From Selaginella moellendorffii (taxonomy: Eukaryota; Plantae; Lycopodiophyta), in the NCBI RefSeq assembly GCF_000143415.4, contig NW_003314333.1, forward strand, positions 1-64,000: a stretch of 64,000 nucleotides of DNA, given 5' to 3'. Positions 1 to 12,409 of this stretch are shown in pieces (within the stretch, counting starts at the first letter, position 1; each line of letters starts with the position of its first letter). The notes below the pieces were generated by a model. That model saw only the letters and a program-made list of their open reading frames with translations. It was not told the origin of the DNA and searched no databases. The translations under genes and the position numbers were made by a program.

Positions 1-2201
1 AGTGCGCCACAGACATTTTTCCTCCAACGAAAATCGGGGAAGCCAAGGAAAAGGTTGCTGCGGAAGGTGTTGAAACTGCTGAAGGTGCTCGCGGGAGAAG
101 CTGCGGAAGCTGAGTGTAAAGCAACGAGCGAGGATTGAGCGGAACTCCACAAACCGAACTGTCTGCCGAGGATTTGAAGGATTTGGCTGGAGGATGGGTT
201 GATCCTGATATTGCAGGCAAGAAGAAAGATGAAAGCGTGGAACGCTTGAAAGAATACGAGACTCTTGCAGCGGATACAATAAGTTTGCTCGACAGGCTTC
301 CCATGGAAGGTGCATTGGCAGAAAAGATTGAGAATCTCCTGAAGAAGTATTGCGAGATGACGGGAACTGTTCTTGAAGAGAAAGTGCGAGAGAAGTTCAT
401 GATGCGATCCAAAAGCATGATGAAGCGGGCTTCTGTTGCGCCAGACGGTGCAGGTCCCAAAGTATCGTTTATGGAAGGCAGGCACAGCGAAATGAGGAAG
501 AGCAGGAGGTCGAAAGGAAGCAAAGCAGGACTTCAGCTGAAATCTTACGTGCCTCTTGGATTTTCGAAGATGATGAAGATTTATAATCCGCCGAAAACTG
601 TGAAGTTCTTCAACGTTCGTCAAGTAAGTAACTTCTTTATTCTGCTTGATTTAGAAAAACTTGTTTGAATGTTCAGCTATCGAAGCTCATCGCCTCAGTC
701 CTCTTGAACAAGATTGTAGCGGATTCAGTTGATGATTCCTGCAACAATGAACGTCAAACTTGTTGCGAGTTCGTTTATGACTTCATGCTCAATCAGTATG
801 GACTGAAAGGTCTCAGCGAATCTGCAATCTTCGGCACCTTCAAAACTATCAAAAACGCTGATGGCGAACAAGGAAATAGAGAAGCATCATAAAGTAAGAC
901 CTTGTTTTTTTTTTGTTTTTTCCAATTTTTGTTGTGATTTTGTGTACTTACGACTCTGAAATTCCAACAGGTGAGGCTGTTCAGCCGGTTTGTTGGGATG
1001 GATGAAAACAACAACTACAGCGAACCGGATCTGTACCTCTACTTGAAGATTCTGCAGAAAGCATCAAGCAAAGTCGGAGTGCTTCTACCATCCGACCAAG
1101 ACGACGGTCTGTTTTATCTGAACGCGTCGCAGTACGCTTTCATTGCAGATGAGCCAAATCTAGTTTCCTACTTTGGAAATCAGGCCGCGGCATTGTCGTT
1201 TGTGGAGAAGTACGTTGCCAAAAACGCAGTGACCGAGCGTGCATCACCGGAGGTAAAACTAAACGATCAGTAACATTCTTGTGCTTACGGTTCTAAGATA
1301 TTGTGCGCAGATCAGGAAGCTTGTGAAAGAAAGTGAGGTTAGGAAAGTGGATTGGGATTTGCTTCTGGAGGCCATACTCGCTGTGTATCCCCATAAAATG
1401 GTACTGTTTTTGAAGTTTTTGTGATTTTTTATTTGAAGTCTCTAAACGAGTTGGTTGTTGATTCAGGACACAATTGCAGAAGAAAGAAGGAAGAGCATTC
1501 AAGTGAGCAAACCAGTTCCAAAAGACAAGGTAACAAACATCATGTTCTTACTTCTCAAGACGAGCGTGCGCGATTCTATGCATGCATGCAGGCAACGGAG
1601 CTGGAAAATCTGTTTATTGCTGGAGATGCAAATCAAGATGGAGTTTTGACGTTTAGCGAGTTTCGTGAGATTGTTACAACAGCTGATTCGTCAATCTCGG
1701 CACAGAGCGCAATCCGGATGTTCAGAGAGACGCTGCTGATGATGCCCGACGGAGGAGACAGTATCAGTCCTCAAGCTTTTGCTCAGATTGCTTACAACCA
1801 TGGCATCGATGCTCCTTCCAGCACTGTCTTTGATCTGCTCAAGAAAACATGGACACAGGTACGTTTGCTGGTTTTCTGTTTTCAGTTGAAAAACTCGGCA
1901 TGAAACAAACAAATAGGTGCAAGATGATATTGATCCGGAGAAAGTGAATGCGAACAAGGACGACTATGAATTCTCCAAAGAGGTTCTGCAGGATTTGATG
2001 CAGCAGAAAGTGGACGTGAACTCGACGGTGCAGACATTCAGGCAATTCGTGCTGCGATTCTGTGCACAGGACGAGGAAGAAGAACCGGCGGCTTCACAGG
2101 AGGATCAAGAGCACGATGAGATCGAATCCGAACTCAAACTTACACCGCTTCATGAGGAAACAAATGGGGAATCATCATTCCCCATGTCCCAATGGGACTA
2201 A
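1..2201 (+). CDS. 3' portion of a multi-exon EF-hand-containing protein gene; exons approx ?-623, 677-893, 971-1252, 1311-1400, 1467-1502, 1592-1858, 1917-2201
   Basis: ORF pieces join through short GT..AG introns (624-676, 894-970, 1253-1310, 1401-1466, 1503-1591, 1859-1916). EF-hand loop DANQDGVLTFSEF. There is an apparent +1 A in the homopolymer at 851-855 and a frame problem near 90-135, so either sequencing error or early pseudogenisation. Confidence 0.75.
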
Positions 2202-2435
2202 TACAAAAACTAGATGTGCCGTCCTCTCAAATGAGCTACTCTATGTGATCCTCTTGTGTCACAGCTGGACCTAGTACTGAAGTAGAAGTGGACGTGGTCA
2301 TTGCATTCGAATCACTTTGATGTCCAAGTCTCCCACTTGAGTTGAGTGTAGAATAGAGTCCGAGGGGAGGGGGGGTGTTGCTAGTGAATCTCACCATCTA
2401 CCATTCTGCCAAGGCATGGGAGCCACCTGGACTTC
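2176..2435 (-). mobile_element. Inverted 3'-terminal ~260 bp of LINE family C
   Basis: Reverse complement aligns with the LINE 3' end at ~55115-55370 (e.g. ggtggctcccatgc...gagacttggacatc...accacgtccacttctact...agagtagctcatt...tgtattagtcccattgggacatggggaatg). Confidence 0.85.
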
Positions 2436-5400
2436 TGTATTAGTCCCATTGGGACATGGGGAATGTACATATATGTTTATCGATCTCGCCAGATAGCAGC
2501 AAGGACCTAGCAAAACCCTAATGTTGGATGAATTTTACAGAGACAGTCATGGAAGGCACCCAATACCATGGCTGTTGTGATCAAAGGTGCAGCTAGAGGT
2601 AGAAGAGTGCACAGAGGAGAGCGTGCAATCTCCCCGCACTTGCTACCATCGGCGAGGGCATCTGCCGTAAAATTTAGGGAAGAATTGTTCCCCTTTCTTT
2701 GTTTCTGCTGTGTACTCACTCTCTTTTTAGCAGCATGGAGAATAGCCACAAGGGAGTAATGGCATCCACACCCATCTATCTAAGCTCTCAAGGTCGTGGA
2801 GTGCGAGGTAGGTCGGGGTCCCACGAGGAGGGCTGTTACAAGGTTGGGGTCTTGGAACACGCACAGCAACAAGCCAAGATGGGAAAGGGCCCTCTGTATC
2901 AATGGCTAGGACACTGCTGCACAAGGCAGCAAGTAAGCCACACAAAGCAGCAGCTTAGCAGGATGAGAACCGTGAGATAGAAGTGGTGGACATGTCTAGG
3001 TTGGGGATGGCCAGGTCCTAGAAAAAGCTGGAAGTGTAAGCCGTGCTAGAGGTGAAGTTTCCACTGAGAGTGGAGGAGAGGACAAAGCTACCTGCCCTCA
3101 CCCACTTGCATGGTCACTAGTTGGAGTTTGTAAGCAACCAAAGAGAACGACTTGAGAGATGATCCATAGGGTTCAAATATAAAAGAAAAAGGCCGATGAA
3201 TAATAGTGCACCCCCTTTTCGAATTGGTTAAGGGTCTTGGGATAATTGGGTTTAGTGTCCTTAGGTTTGAATAGTACTAGGCTGGGTGACCTCTCAGGAA
3301 GTTCAAATTCAGGAGCTTACATTTGGTGTCAGCGAGGTTTTGGGTCCGACTCTGTTGGTTCACTAAGGGAATCACACCATATGTTAATTTACACTTGGCA
3401 GGTCCAGTTTGCTCTAGCTGGGCTTGACCCAAGGGGTAGGGTGTCAAAAGAGTAGAGCTCGAGAGAGAGCTATAGCTCTCAACTTCCATTCACAAGGGCA
3501 TGAACTTACAAGCAAGCATGGTGGATTGTAAGCAACCAAAAGAACGATTTGAGAAATGATCCATGGGGTTCAAATATAGAGGGAAAGGGCCCATGAATAA
3601 GAGTGCACCTCCTTTTCAATTGGTTAAGGGTCTTGGGATAATTGAGGTTAAACGTCTTTGAGTTTGAATAGTACTGAACTAGGTGACCTCTCGGGAAGTC
3701 CAAATTCAGGAGCTTATGGAGTGCAAGAGCTTCATAAGAGTCTTAGACTAGTCACAAGTCAAGAAGGCTTACAGGGAATCATCCCAAGCAACTTTGCAGT
3801 TGAGGGGATTCACAGGGATGGATGTCTCATAGAAGCACAAGAGCAGTGCACCAGGGTCAGGTCAGGAGTCACCACCAGAGCAGCAGCATGTGTAGCAGCA
3901 GCAGAGCTAGGGCGTAGGACATGAGAACTCAAGTCTACCCCACCCAAAACGACCAAGAACAGAGAGGAACAAGGCCCTAGCATGGACGCACTTCTTTCCT
4001 ATAGGATCAATATGGAGGCCTCACTAGAAGGTGAGTTCATAATCCCTTATGCAGAGACACAACCAAGCTAGGAGATCTCCAGGGAGACTAACTATTCAGT
4101 CGTGGCTCTAGGGCTGACTAAGGAACAGCCACTCTGAACACTAAAGTTTGCCTACAGATGCTTGTTGGAACTTATGAACAAGCCCAGAGCTTCACTCCCA
4201 TCTTCACCAGCTTATTCCTCAAGTGTGAGGCCCCGATCTAGCTCACAGCCCCCAGTGGCAAGGCTCTACACTGACTCGAGACAGGTTGGAGACAGCACAA
4301 ACTGTCTACACTTGCTCTCGCCAAAGTTCGCAGGTGGTGGTATAGTCTTCTAGAACAGTGAGAGGTTCACGGAACAAGTGCATCGCAAGTCGACACAGCA
4401 TATACAGTAGGAAGTCTTACAACTAACTCACCAACTGGATGACGTGGAAGACATGGGGAATGTCTCACTGTGGGATGCACATCGAGTAGCTCTGGGAATT
4501 CTAATAGAGAACCTCAAGACACGAAAGGACTGGGTAGTTGGCACACTCCCTGTTCACGGGAATGCATCAAGCTCATGCCCAGCTGATGGGAACCTCCTGC
4601 ACCACCCAGAGACTCCTGCAGATGAGGCTGGGCTCATCCCTAACCCAGTATACGCAAGAATGCAGGAGGCAGCACGTCAGGTGGACCTTGCACACCAGCA
4701 ACAAGTGAGGAAATCAGACCCGGAGTCTCTCACAGTTCCCCATGAGGGGCAGAAGGTGTTGCTCCCCTCTCCACTTCTGAGACTTGATGAGGCAGGGATG
4801 TTGGTCTGGGACCCTCACCACTTTGTGGAAAGGATCCAAAGGTCTCCACTTCCAATATGCAAAGAACTCCAATCAACTCTGCTGTCCATTATCAGAGAGC
4901 TGGACCTGAATCCTTTGGCAGAAGACCTCGTGTTGGGACCTACACTACGAGAAGCACAGGAATTAATCATGAAGGTAGTGGTCACAGCAAGCGGATCTGT
5001 TTGATGCATGGACTCAAGAGCAAGGTGGCAAGTTAGATGTCACACCAACTCCAATAGATGATGTGAGACTTGGAGAGCCAGAAACAAAGCTAGAGATGGA
5101 GCACTCACTAAATGAACAGTCAGATGGCACACTTCTATTCCAGGAATGGGATACCTTCAACAAGAGGAAGACCAAACATGAGAAGAAGAAAGTGAAGCGA
5201 GCAACATGGCAGAAGCTTAAAACTCTGGGACTTGCTAAGGAGAGCTTGTCTTGGACAAACACAGTTGAAGCCTTCCTTGAGGAGGAGCAGGCCCCCACTG
5301 ATAAGAGAGCAAGCACGCAGGAGGACCAATGCCAGGAGGTTGACACGTCTAAGCGAGTGGAAAAGGCCTAGTTGAGAGCAGGGAAGACTCGGGGCCGCGG

Positions 5401-7252
5401 AAAGGTGGCAGAAGCACTACACTCCTTGGACGGGAATAGTGATGACAACAAGAAGAATGCCTCCCATAATATGAATGGGGAAACACTTGGACATGCAGAA
5501 GTGCCCAAGGTGGCAGCAGTAGGAGAAGGTGAAAGCGACTTGGTCCATGTTGACACAAGAGGAAAGGCTATCCCTGTTAAGCTGGCCAAGTTTATGCAAA
5601 GAGCAGTGGTAGAGAAGGAAGAAGAACTCCATAAAAAGGCACTAATTGCAGTTTTGAGAGGGAAGTTCCCAACAGGTTGCATGGCTAACAATTGGATCAA
5701 TGCAACGCTGGGACAAGGGATCCTCATGAAGAAGATGCTGCTACACAGGAATGGCTGTTACACAGTTGTCTTTGAGTCAGAAGAGACACAATCTCAAGCA
5801 GAGGCCATGTATGGCATCATTGACGAGAATTGGGTAGTGTCATTGCACCCATGGATCCTGAGGTTCACGGCAAAGGACCAGGCACATCTCAGGGGTGGGA
5901 GCTTTCCAGTGAACATCGCACTGTGGGACCCATGGAAATGTGGATCACAATGGTGATCCAGGAGCTGGTTGAAGGGAGTATCGGCCAGATAGTGGCTGGT
6001 CTTGAAACTGTACAAGCAGAGGGTGTCCTTGGCCCCATCTGACTCAAAGTTTTTGTGTCAGCCTCAGCTGAAATCCTGGCAAAAATTGCAGTGCTAGGCA
6101 AGTATATCAGGATCCAAATGGAGTCCCACTGAGGCGGGAGACTGGCTGATGTGCTGTGGGAGCACAGCCTTCCTAGAGGTCATTACCATTGGCGACTACC
6201 AAACACACATGGAGAGTGCCATCACTGAGTGGATAGGCTTTGCAAAATACACTGTCCAAGGCTTCTCCTGGACAAAGTATAGGGGGGAGATGACTGTGGT
6301 GTGGACCATCTCCATAGAATGGAGGGCAAGACCCTGCAACACCTCACTTTCTTGTAAGTAGGTGGCTCCATGACAACACTCACAATCGTCACTTGGAACT
6401 GTTGAGGACTCAGCTGGACCAGCAATTGACTCAACAAAAGGGCACAGCTCAAGTACCACATCCATGAGATCAGCTTAGAAGGAGCCATCAGCATCCTGTA
6501 TCTGCAAGAGCACAAAATGACCGAGGCCTCAGACTACACCTTTGGTATGAGGGGATGGCTTTGGTGGAACCTGGCCACGCAAGCAGTGCCCAGATCAGGA
6601 GGTGGCACAGCAGTGATAGTCTCAACCAAATGGTCTGCTCAAGTATGAAACCACATTGTCCTGGTTCCAGGAAAGGCTTAGCTGCTTGTCCTTCATCTCC
6701 ACTTCGGAAGGGGGGATAATTAATGTCTATGCACCAACTAGGAAAGAAAGACATGCAGAATTCTAGTTGAGCATGTTGCAATCTACCCAAGGGCAAGCAG
6801 ATGAATGGCTAGTCCTAGGAGACTTCAACATGGTTGAGGACATCTGCGATCGTAAAGGAATGTAGGAAACAATTCAACTACGCAAGCGGGAGCAGCGAAG
6901 TCAGCTCATGGACACACTAGGGATCATGGACCTCCAACATGCAATGGGGTTCACACCTCATGCTCACCCCTTTATGAGGCGGCAGACAATGACCTCCCAG
7001 TCGAGACTGGACCAGATTTATGCCTCAACTCGCATATGGCAGGATGGTGGAAGCCTTAAAATGTGGCTCAGTTTCACCTCCTTCTCAGATCACGACCCCC
7101 TCCGCTGTGTGATCAAGCTTCAAAGGAACAAAGGGACAGCAGTCCAGCATTCAATCACGAGAGACTCGGTGACGATCAGGCTAATACATGACACCCTCGT
7201 GCAAGACAAGATGGGACTGATCCCAATGCTCCTGTCTTGCTCCCAAAACAAT
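2436..7252 (+). mobile_element. Decayed L1-clade LINE (family C), 5' part: leader, ORF1 fragments (4444-6370) and APE endonuclease of ORF2 (from ATG 6370), truncated before RT
   Basis: APE motifs TIVTWN, LYLQEHK, NVYAP, GDFN, SRLDQIY, FSDHDP occur across frameshifts. The 5372-5956 ORF resembles the plant LINE ORF1 RRM/DUF4283 region. 2436-4189 (minus the TRIM) is homologous to the reverse complement of 51974-53122. Confidence 0.8.
3129..3718 (+). mobile_element. Cassandra-type TRIM with 5S rRNA-derived LTRs (LTR1 3129-3321, LTR2 3527-3718)
   Basis: Two ~193-bp direct repeats TGTAAGC...GCTTACA/TG. PBS-like tggtgtcag follows LTR1. LTRs contain gtactaggctgggtgacctctcaggaag, matching the plant 5S rRNA internal control region. 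TSD GAGTT/GAGTG; the empty site is seen in the homologous LINE copy at ~52440. Confidence 0.88.
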
Positions 7253-8011
7253 CCTCCTCATGAATGCTAGGATGATCCTGAGCATGAACACTGCCAAGGC
7301 AGTCGGGATCCTCTGGAAAAACTTCACAAGCTTTGACGATCTCGCTTGATGTTCTTCACGGTGCTCTTCATGATCATCGTGATGACGATCACCTTCACTG
7401 TTTGTCATGAAGTACTTGTAGCCCTCACCGGATACATTCACCAGCATGATGAATGCAAAGCAAATCACTGTGAGGAGAATTCCATCCAAGCCCAGCTGTG
7501 GTCGATCACCCATTGCCTTGTCCCTAGAGAGATTTTGATCCTTCATCATGTACTTGACAGCCTTGACCACGAAAGAGAGCCCATCACAAGCTGGATGCCA
7601 CGAACCACTGGCAATGGCATGATCCAAGCCACGACCCGTGATCAAGCCCGTGACTCCAAGCACAAACACGATCGCAGACACAATGATCCCCGCAGCCATG
7701 ATCTCATCCACACGGAGATGCTTGGATTCGGTGAAGGCCACCACTGTGATGGATTTTGTGGGCTGGACAGGCATTGGCACGCCAAAGAGCACACTAGTGA
7801 GAATGTTGTAGATGCCTGTGGTGATGAGAGACGTACCAAGATCCATGCCATTGATGAGAGCTAGAGCCATGACGATCGGGATGAATGTGCCCAGGTCGCC
7901 CAGCGAGCTGCTGAGCTCCTTCCATGGTCGCCTGCACTGGAGATTGCCGCGCAGCCCTGTGCCATCACTGGGAGAATCCACCACTCCTCCCCCTCGCGCC
8001 TCTTCCTCCAT
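7253..8011 (-). pseudogene. Molybdate transporter (MOT1/MOT2 family) pseudogene, 5' half only
   Basis: ELSSSLGDLGTFIP...PMPVQPTKSI motifs of plant MOT1-type transporters. The 3' half is missing and a frameshift region is present. Confidence 0.85.
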
Positions 8012-8254
8012 GACTGACCTCCAAGAACCCTAAATTTTTATAGTCCAAAAGCTGGCTACCAAGAGACCATTGGAAATGAGCAAAGAATTTTCTCTTTAAT
8101 CATACATGATAATCTGTCAAAGAATACCCTCTTTAATCACGAGGACACAGAATCTACACCCACACTAGTTTCAAACAAAATTACTGCTATTTGCTAGTAG
8201 AATTCCTAGAATCTACACTTAAAGCTTGTTCTAGCACAACACCATGAGATCTTT

Positions 8255-8690
8255 GTCCTCAATTTCTAGACTTTGCTCCCAGCAAGCACATCCAATCCAC
8301 TGAAACTGGCTTATAAGGCATGCTCCTCACAAGTTCCTCGGCCTCTTCCATACACCCAGCTCACCCCAAGCAATCCACCATGCAGCAGTAACCTTGCCTC
8401 AATCCTTGGTAGTGGCAAGATGCCCTTCTTGGGCGTGTGCCAAGAACATAATGACCCACAAGTGGCAATCACATCGCTCCATGGAGTCAAACACTGGTTG
8501 TGTGCGCTGGATCTTGCCCAGCTTGCCATACCAAATGATGACGAGATTGGAGAGGTAGCAGCAATTGCCAGGCAGCATTTTCTTCTGGGCGATCTCAATC
8601 CAGGAATGGGCATCAATTGCCTGCAAGGAATTGGTCACGGAAGTGATGAGATCCACACACTCGGACTTGGACAGCATCAGTTTCACTCGA
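8255..8690 (-). pseudogene. Internally deleted PLS-class PPR gene fragment
   Basis: LSNLVIIWYGKLGKIQR..VFDSMERCD..W, followed in another frame by YCCMVDCLG...EELVRSMPYKP..VDWMCLLGA. Duplicate at 27055-27490. Confidence 0.75.
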
Positions 8691-10048
8691 CACCAAAGCT
8701 AGCCTCTCACGAGATTAGAGAGAAGGGAGAGATTAGGGAAATTCTTGATGGCATCCTTCCAAGGTAGCACTTCCAGGATCCCCTAGCTTGGTTTGTTCAT
8801 TCTAGTGAGTCAATGCATTGCAAAGAGCTTTTCTTAGCTGCCTTCAAACAGTTTCCTTAGGCACTATTCCATCTATGTTCTGTCCAACTGCGATCTTTAG
8901 TCTTAATCATTCCATGGCAAAGTCTCTCCATGGCACTCATCCAAAATGCTAAGGCCTTCAGGGATGGACAAAAGGCTATGATGGGGATAGATCACACCCG
9001 GTATTCAAGTCATGGGAACAGTATTTTACACATTGTGGCCATTCAAGGTACATTTGTGCTGTTTCATTTTCAATCACTTAGGTTTGGACAAGTGAAAGAC
9101 CTAGTCAACGTGTCTCTGGATTCTATTGCAGACATGAGGAAACTAGAAGAGGATCAAAAGATGTATGCATGCAGAATGTTTGGATGGGTTAAGAACACAG
9201 CAATGTGCAAGTATTTGAAGCCAAAGCTTAGTGTGAAAAAGAGTAAGTAAAACTTCATAGTTTGTTCTGTCCACAATCAATTTGAGAATTTTTCTGGACT
9301 ATAGAAGCAAAGCATTTGCCTATATATCTGTGTGTGTGTAGGCTATGATGCCATATACTAATATTAGCATTGTGGGATTTTAGTAGGTGTCAGATTAATT
9401 TCAATCTGGACCATTCACTCCTGTATATAAACTAAGGTTTTTGGGTTAATTGATATTCATATTTTTTGTATTCCCTTTCTATATTCCATGCACTTACGTT
9501 GATGGATGTGAAGGGCACCTTTGATTACCCCTGAAGAATGTTTGAATTTGGGATTTTGGTTTAGATCTAGTTTTTTCCATTTCCTTTCTTTTGTTTTTTC
9601 CTTTCAAGATTTTGGTTTAGATCTAGCTTTTGTATTGTCTAAATCTTCCTTTTCTTCTAGCTTTTCTTTATTTCTCTGTTTTACTCTTTCCTTTCAATTC
9701 ATCTTTATAATAGAGCAATAGTCTCCTCCTCCTTTGACTCTAGAGTAGTAGTTGGTGCAATTGCTTGGTGCTATGTGCTTGCAATTGCACAACCAAACTT
9801 AGTTGATGGCTGCATTCATGGCATATGGTATAGCTCCTCTTGCCCAATTTTTGTGTTCGGCTGGAGTTCTTTCGTGGGAATCTTAAAGATGATGTATACC
9901 ATTAGTTTGATCACTTCACGGTGATTATCACATATCATTCTTGGGATGATGCTTGACATTAGCGTGAGTTTCTTATATGTCTCCAAGGGATGGCACTGCA
10001 ATGGTACAATGGTTTGAGTGCAGCCACTCGTGGGGATTGGAGTGTTCT

Positions 10049-10076
10049 CTAAACCCTAAACCCTAAACCGTAAACC
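10049..10076 (-). repeat. Short interstitial telomeric repeat (CCCTAAA)n
   Basis: ctaaaccctaaaccctaaaccgtaaacc. Confidence 0.75.
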
Positions 10077-10299
10077 GGATGTTTTCAAACGTGCATTCGG
10101 ACATGTTAATAATTGTGATGACACCTTCTAACAGTTGCATCATCTCCATCACGGGCCATCTGAGTCGGTAATGCAATTTGGTGTTTATTTCCGAAGCCTC
10201 TTTCTTTGTGTGGAACTAGATATGTCAGAGAGGATCAAGTTAGGAATGTTGTAGCTAACACTTTGTCAAGATCTTGTCAGACTTGTGTATGTGCTTACT

Positions 10300-12100
10300 C
10301 TAGCTAATCTTGACAATGCTCTTTTCTTGGCACAATGTTATGACACGTCGCCTCTTCCATTTCTCGCTACACGTCCTTGAGCTCCACTTTTTATGGGTGA
10401 TGGTTTTGTTCCAATGGAGGTTGATGCTGGTGCTACTCGAGTCCAAGGACAAAGGCGAGGATGTGGTCATAATTGTGATGTTCACTATTGGGCATATGAT
10501 GAAGTTGGTCACACTTATCGGCATTGTCAATGTTTTCCAGATTGGCAGCCTCCATTTCCTGGGTGGAGACCTTGGCGTCAATAATGTCCTATTGGTGCTA
10601 CTGCAGTGAAAAGTTTGGACACCGAGATGCATTTGGGAAATGAGGAGTCGCACAAGTAATGGAGGGACCTTGCGCAAACAAGTCAATGACCCCTCCATCT
10701 TTCTTTTGGGAGTATCATAAAAGGGTTCATTCGGCACCAATTCATCCAGTGTTTACTTTTTAAGCTTGTTTTTATAACAAGAGGTCTTCTATTATTCTCT
10801 CCGTATTGGTTGATATAGATTCGAGTTTATCTTCTATTGCTCAACTTATTACCATACATTGCTATCTACACTTGCATCTTGCAACAAAGCCAATTTTCAT
10901 TCTTTATGGCAATGGCCATACACATGCATGTGCATGGGATGAGGTGGACTTAATTGTGCATGTGGGCGATTTTGAGCTTGGGTTGTAGTCATTGTGGGTA
11001 GTGCTGAGTCAAGCTTTTGACTTCATCCTTAGTATGGAATGGTTTATAAGCAACCAAAGAGAACGACTTGAGAAACGATCCATGGGGTTCAAATATAGAG
11101 GGAAAAGGCCCATGAACAAGAATACACCCCCTTTTTCAATCGATTAAGGATCTTGGGATACTTGGGGTTAAGCGTCCTTGGGTTTGAATAATACTGGGCT
11201 GGGTGACCTCTCGGGAAGTCCAAATTCAAGAGCTTACATGGTTGTAGTGCAATTATACCAAATGTGACTTTGAGGCTTCTCCCCCTTGTCTCATACTTCC
11301 TTATATTTCATAGATTCCTCTCACTTCTATACTTTTTTGTCCCTCTACTTGAAGCGGTTGAAGTGCGTATTTGGGTTCAAGAACATAACTTATCTTGGGT
11401 ACCATATTTCTCGTGAGGGTTTGTAAGTTAATCCTAACAAACTTGTGGCTATTTTAAAGTTCCCTACTCTAAAGTGTTTGAATGATGTGCAACACTTCCT
11501 GGGCAAGGTGTAATATCTCAGTCATTTTGTGGATCATATTTTTTATTGCACTACACCATTGCGAGCATTGTTGAAGTCATTAATATCATCTTTCATTTGG
11601 TCTCCAGATTATGAGTGGGAATTTATGGATCTCAAAAAGCTATTGATGACTTCTCTAGTTTTAGCATATCTTGACCACACTCGACCTTTCATTTTGTGTG
11701 TGGATGCTTTTCATATTGGTCTTTAAGGAGTGTTGATGCAAGAGAGCCCGAATGTGCCTGGTTAGTGCCATTTCATTGCATATATAAGCCATACATTATA
11801 ACTAACGACGGTGAACTACTCCACGACAAAGAAAGAGTGTTTAGTAGCAGTCTAGAGTTTTGAGAAACTTCATGCATATTTACATGGTTCTCAAAACGTT
11901 ACTAGAAGGTGATCATGCTGCCATTACTTCATTATTAAAGAGGAAGAACCTGGTTAGTCATACTGTTTAGTGGGCCTTGAAGTTTCAGATATATGATTTT
12001 AGTGTTATTCATCCCCCGGGAAGTTCTATGGTTGATGCTAATACCCTTTCTCAAGATCTTCTTCCTTCTTCACTCTCTTCTTATGATTCTAACAAGCATA
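10300..12100 (+). mobile_element. Highly decayed Ty3/Gypsy gag-pol remnant
   Basis: Fragments KCVFGFKNITYLGYHIS (RT end), RPFILCVDAFHIGL*GVLMQ and NYSTTKKECLVAV (RNase H), and a degenerate zinc knuckle near 10470-10530; many stops. Confidence 0.7.
11045..11238 (+). mobile_element. Cassandra-type solo LTR
   Basis: Full 194-bp copy of the 3129 LTR with 5S-like core (gggttaagcgtccttggg...tactgggctgggtgacctctcgggaagtcc). Perfect TSD TGGTT on both sides. Confidence 0.9.
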
Positions 12101-12123
12101 TTGTTCCAACATTTGTGGATTTA

Positions 12124-12409
12124 TGCTTTATTTCGTTAAAGTGGGACTTATTCAGTAAAGTGGGACATTAATTAGCATGTGTCCACATGCTATTTCCTAG
12201 TACTTAATTAATATTTATTAATATTTCTATCAGTTTTTTAATTTATTTTTTTATATTTCACAATATTATAACACAAAATCATATGAAAAGTTTTTAATTT
12301 ATAAATTATAAAGTTAAAACTTCAATTTTTTATTGTTGTTATAAAAATGGCATGTGGCCACACACTATAAGTGGGATAATGAAAAGTCCCACTTTAACGA
12401 AATAAAGCA
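12124..12409. mobile_element. AT-rich MITE with perfect terminal inverted repeats, probable TA TSD (Stowaway/Tc1-mariner-like)
   Basis: TATGCTTTATTTCGTTAAAGTGGGACTT (12122-12149) is the exact reverse complement of 12384-12411. Confidence 0.85.

Larger units (their letters stand above)
7253..8868. repeat. Direct segmental duplication, copy 1 (copy 2 at 26100-27662)
   Basis: Near-identical sequence over ~1.6 kb, including the intergenic spacer. Confidence 0.92.

Noticed and set aside
3250-3305. 5S rRNA gene
   Set aside because: Only the internal ~55 nt resemble 5S, and they lie inside TRIM LTRs.
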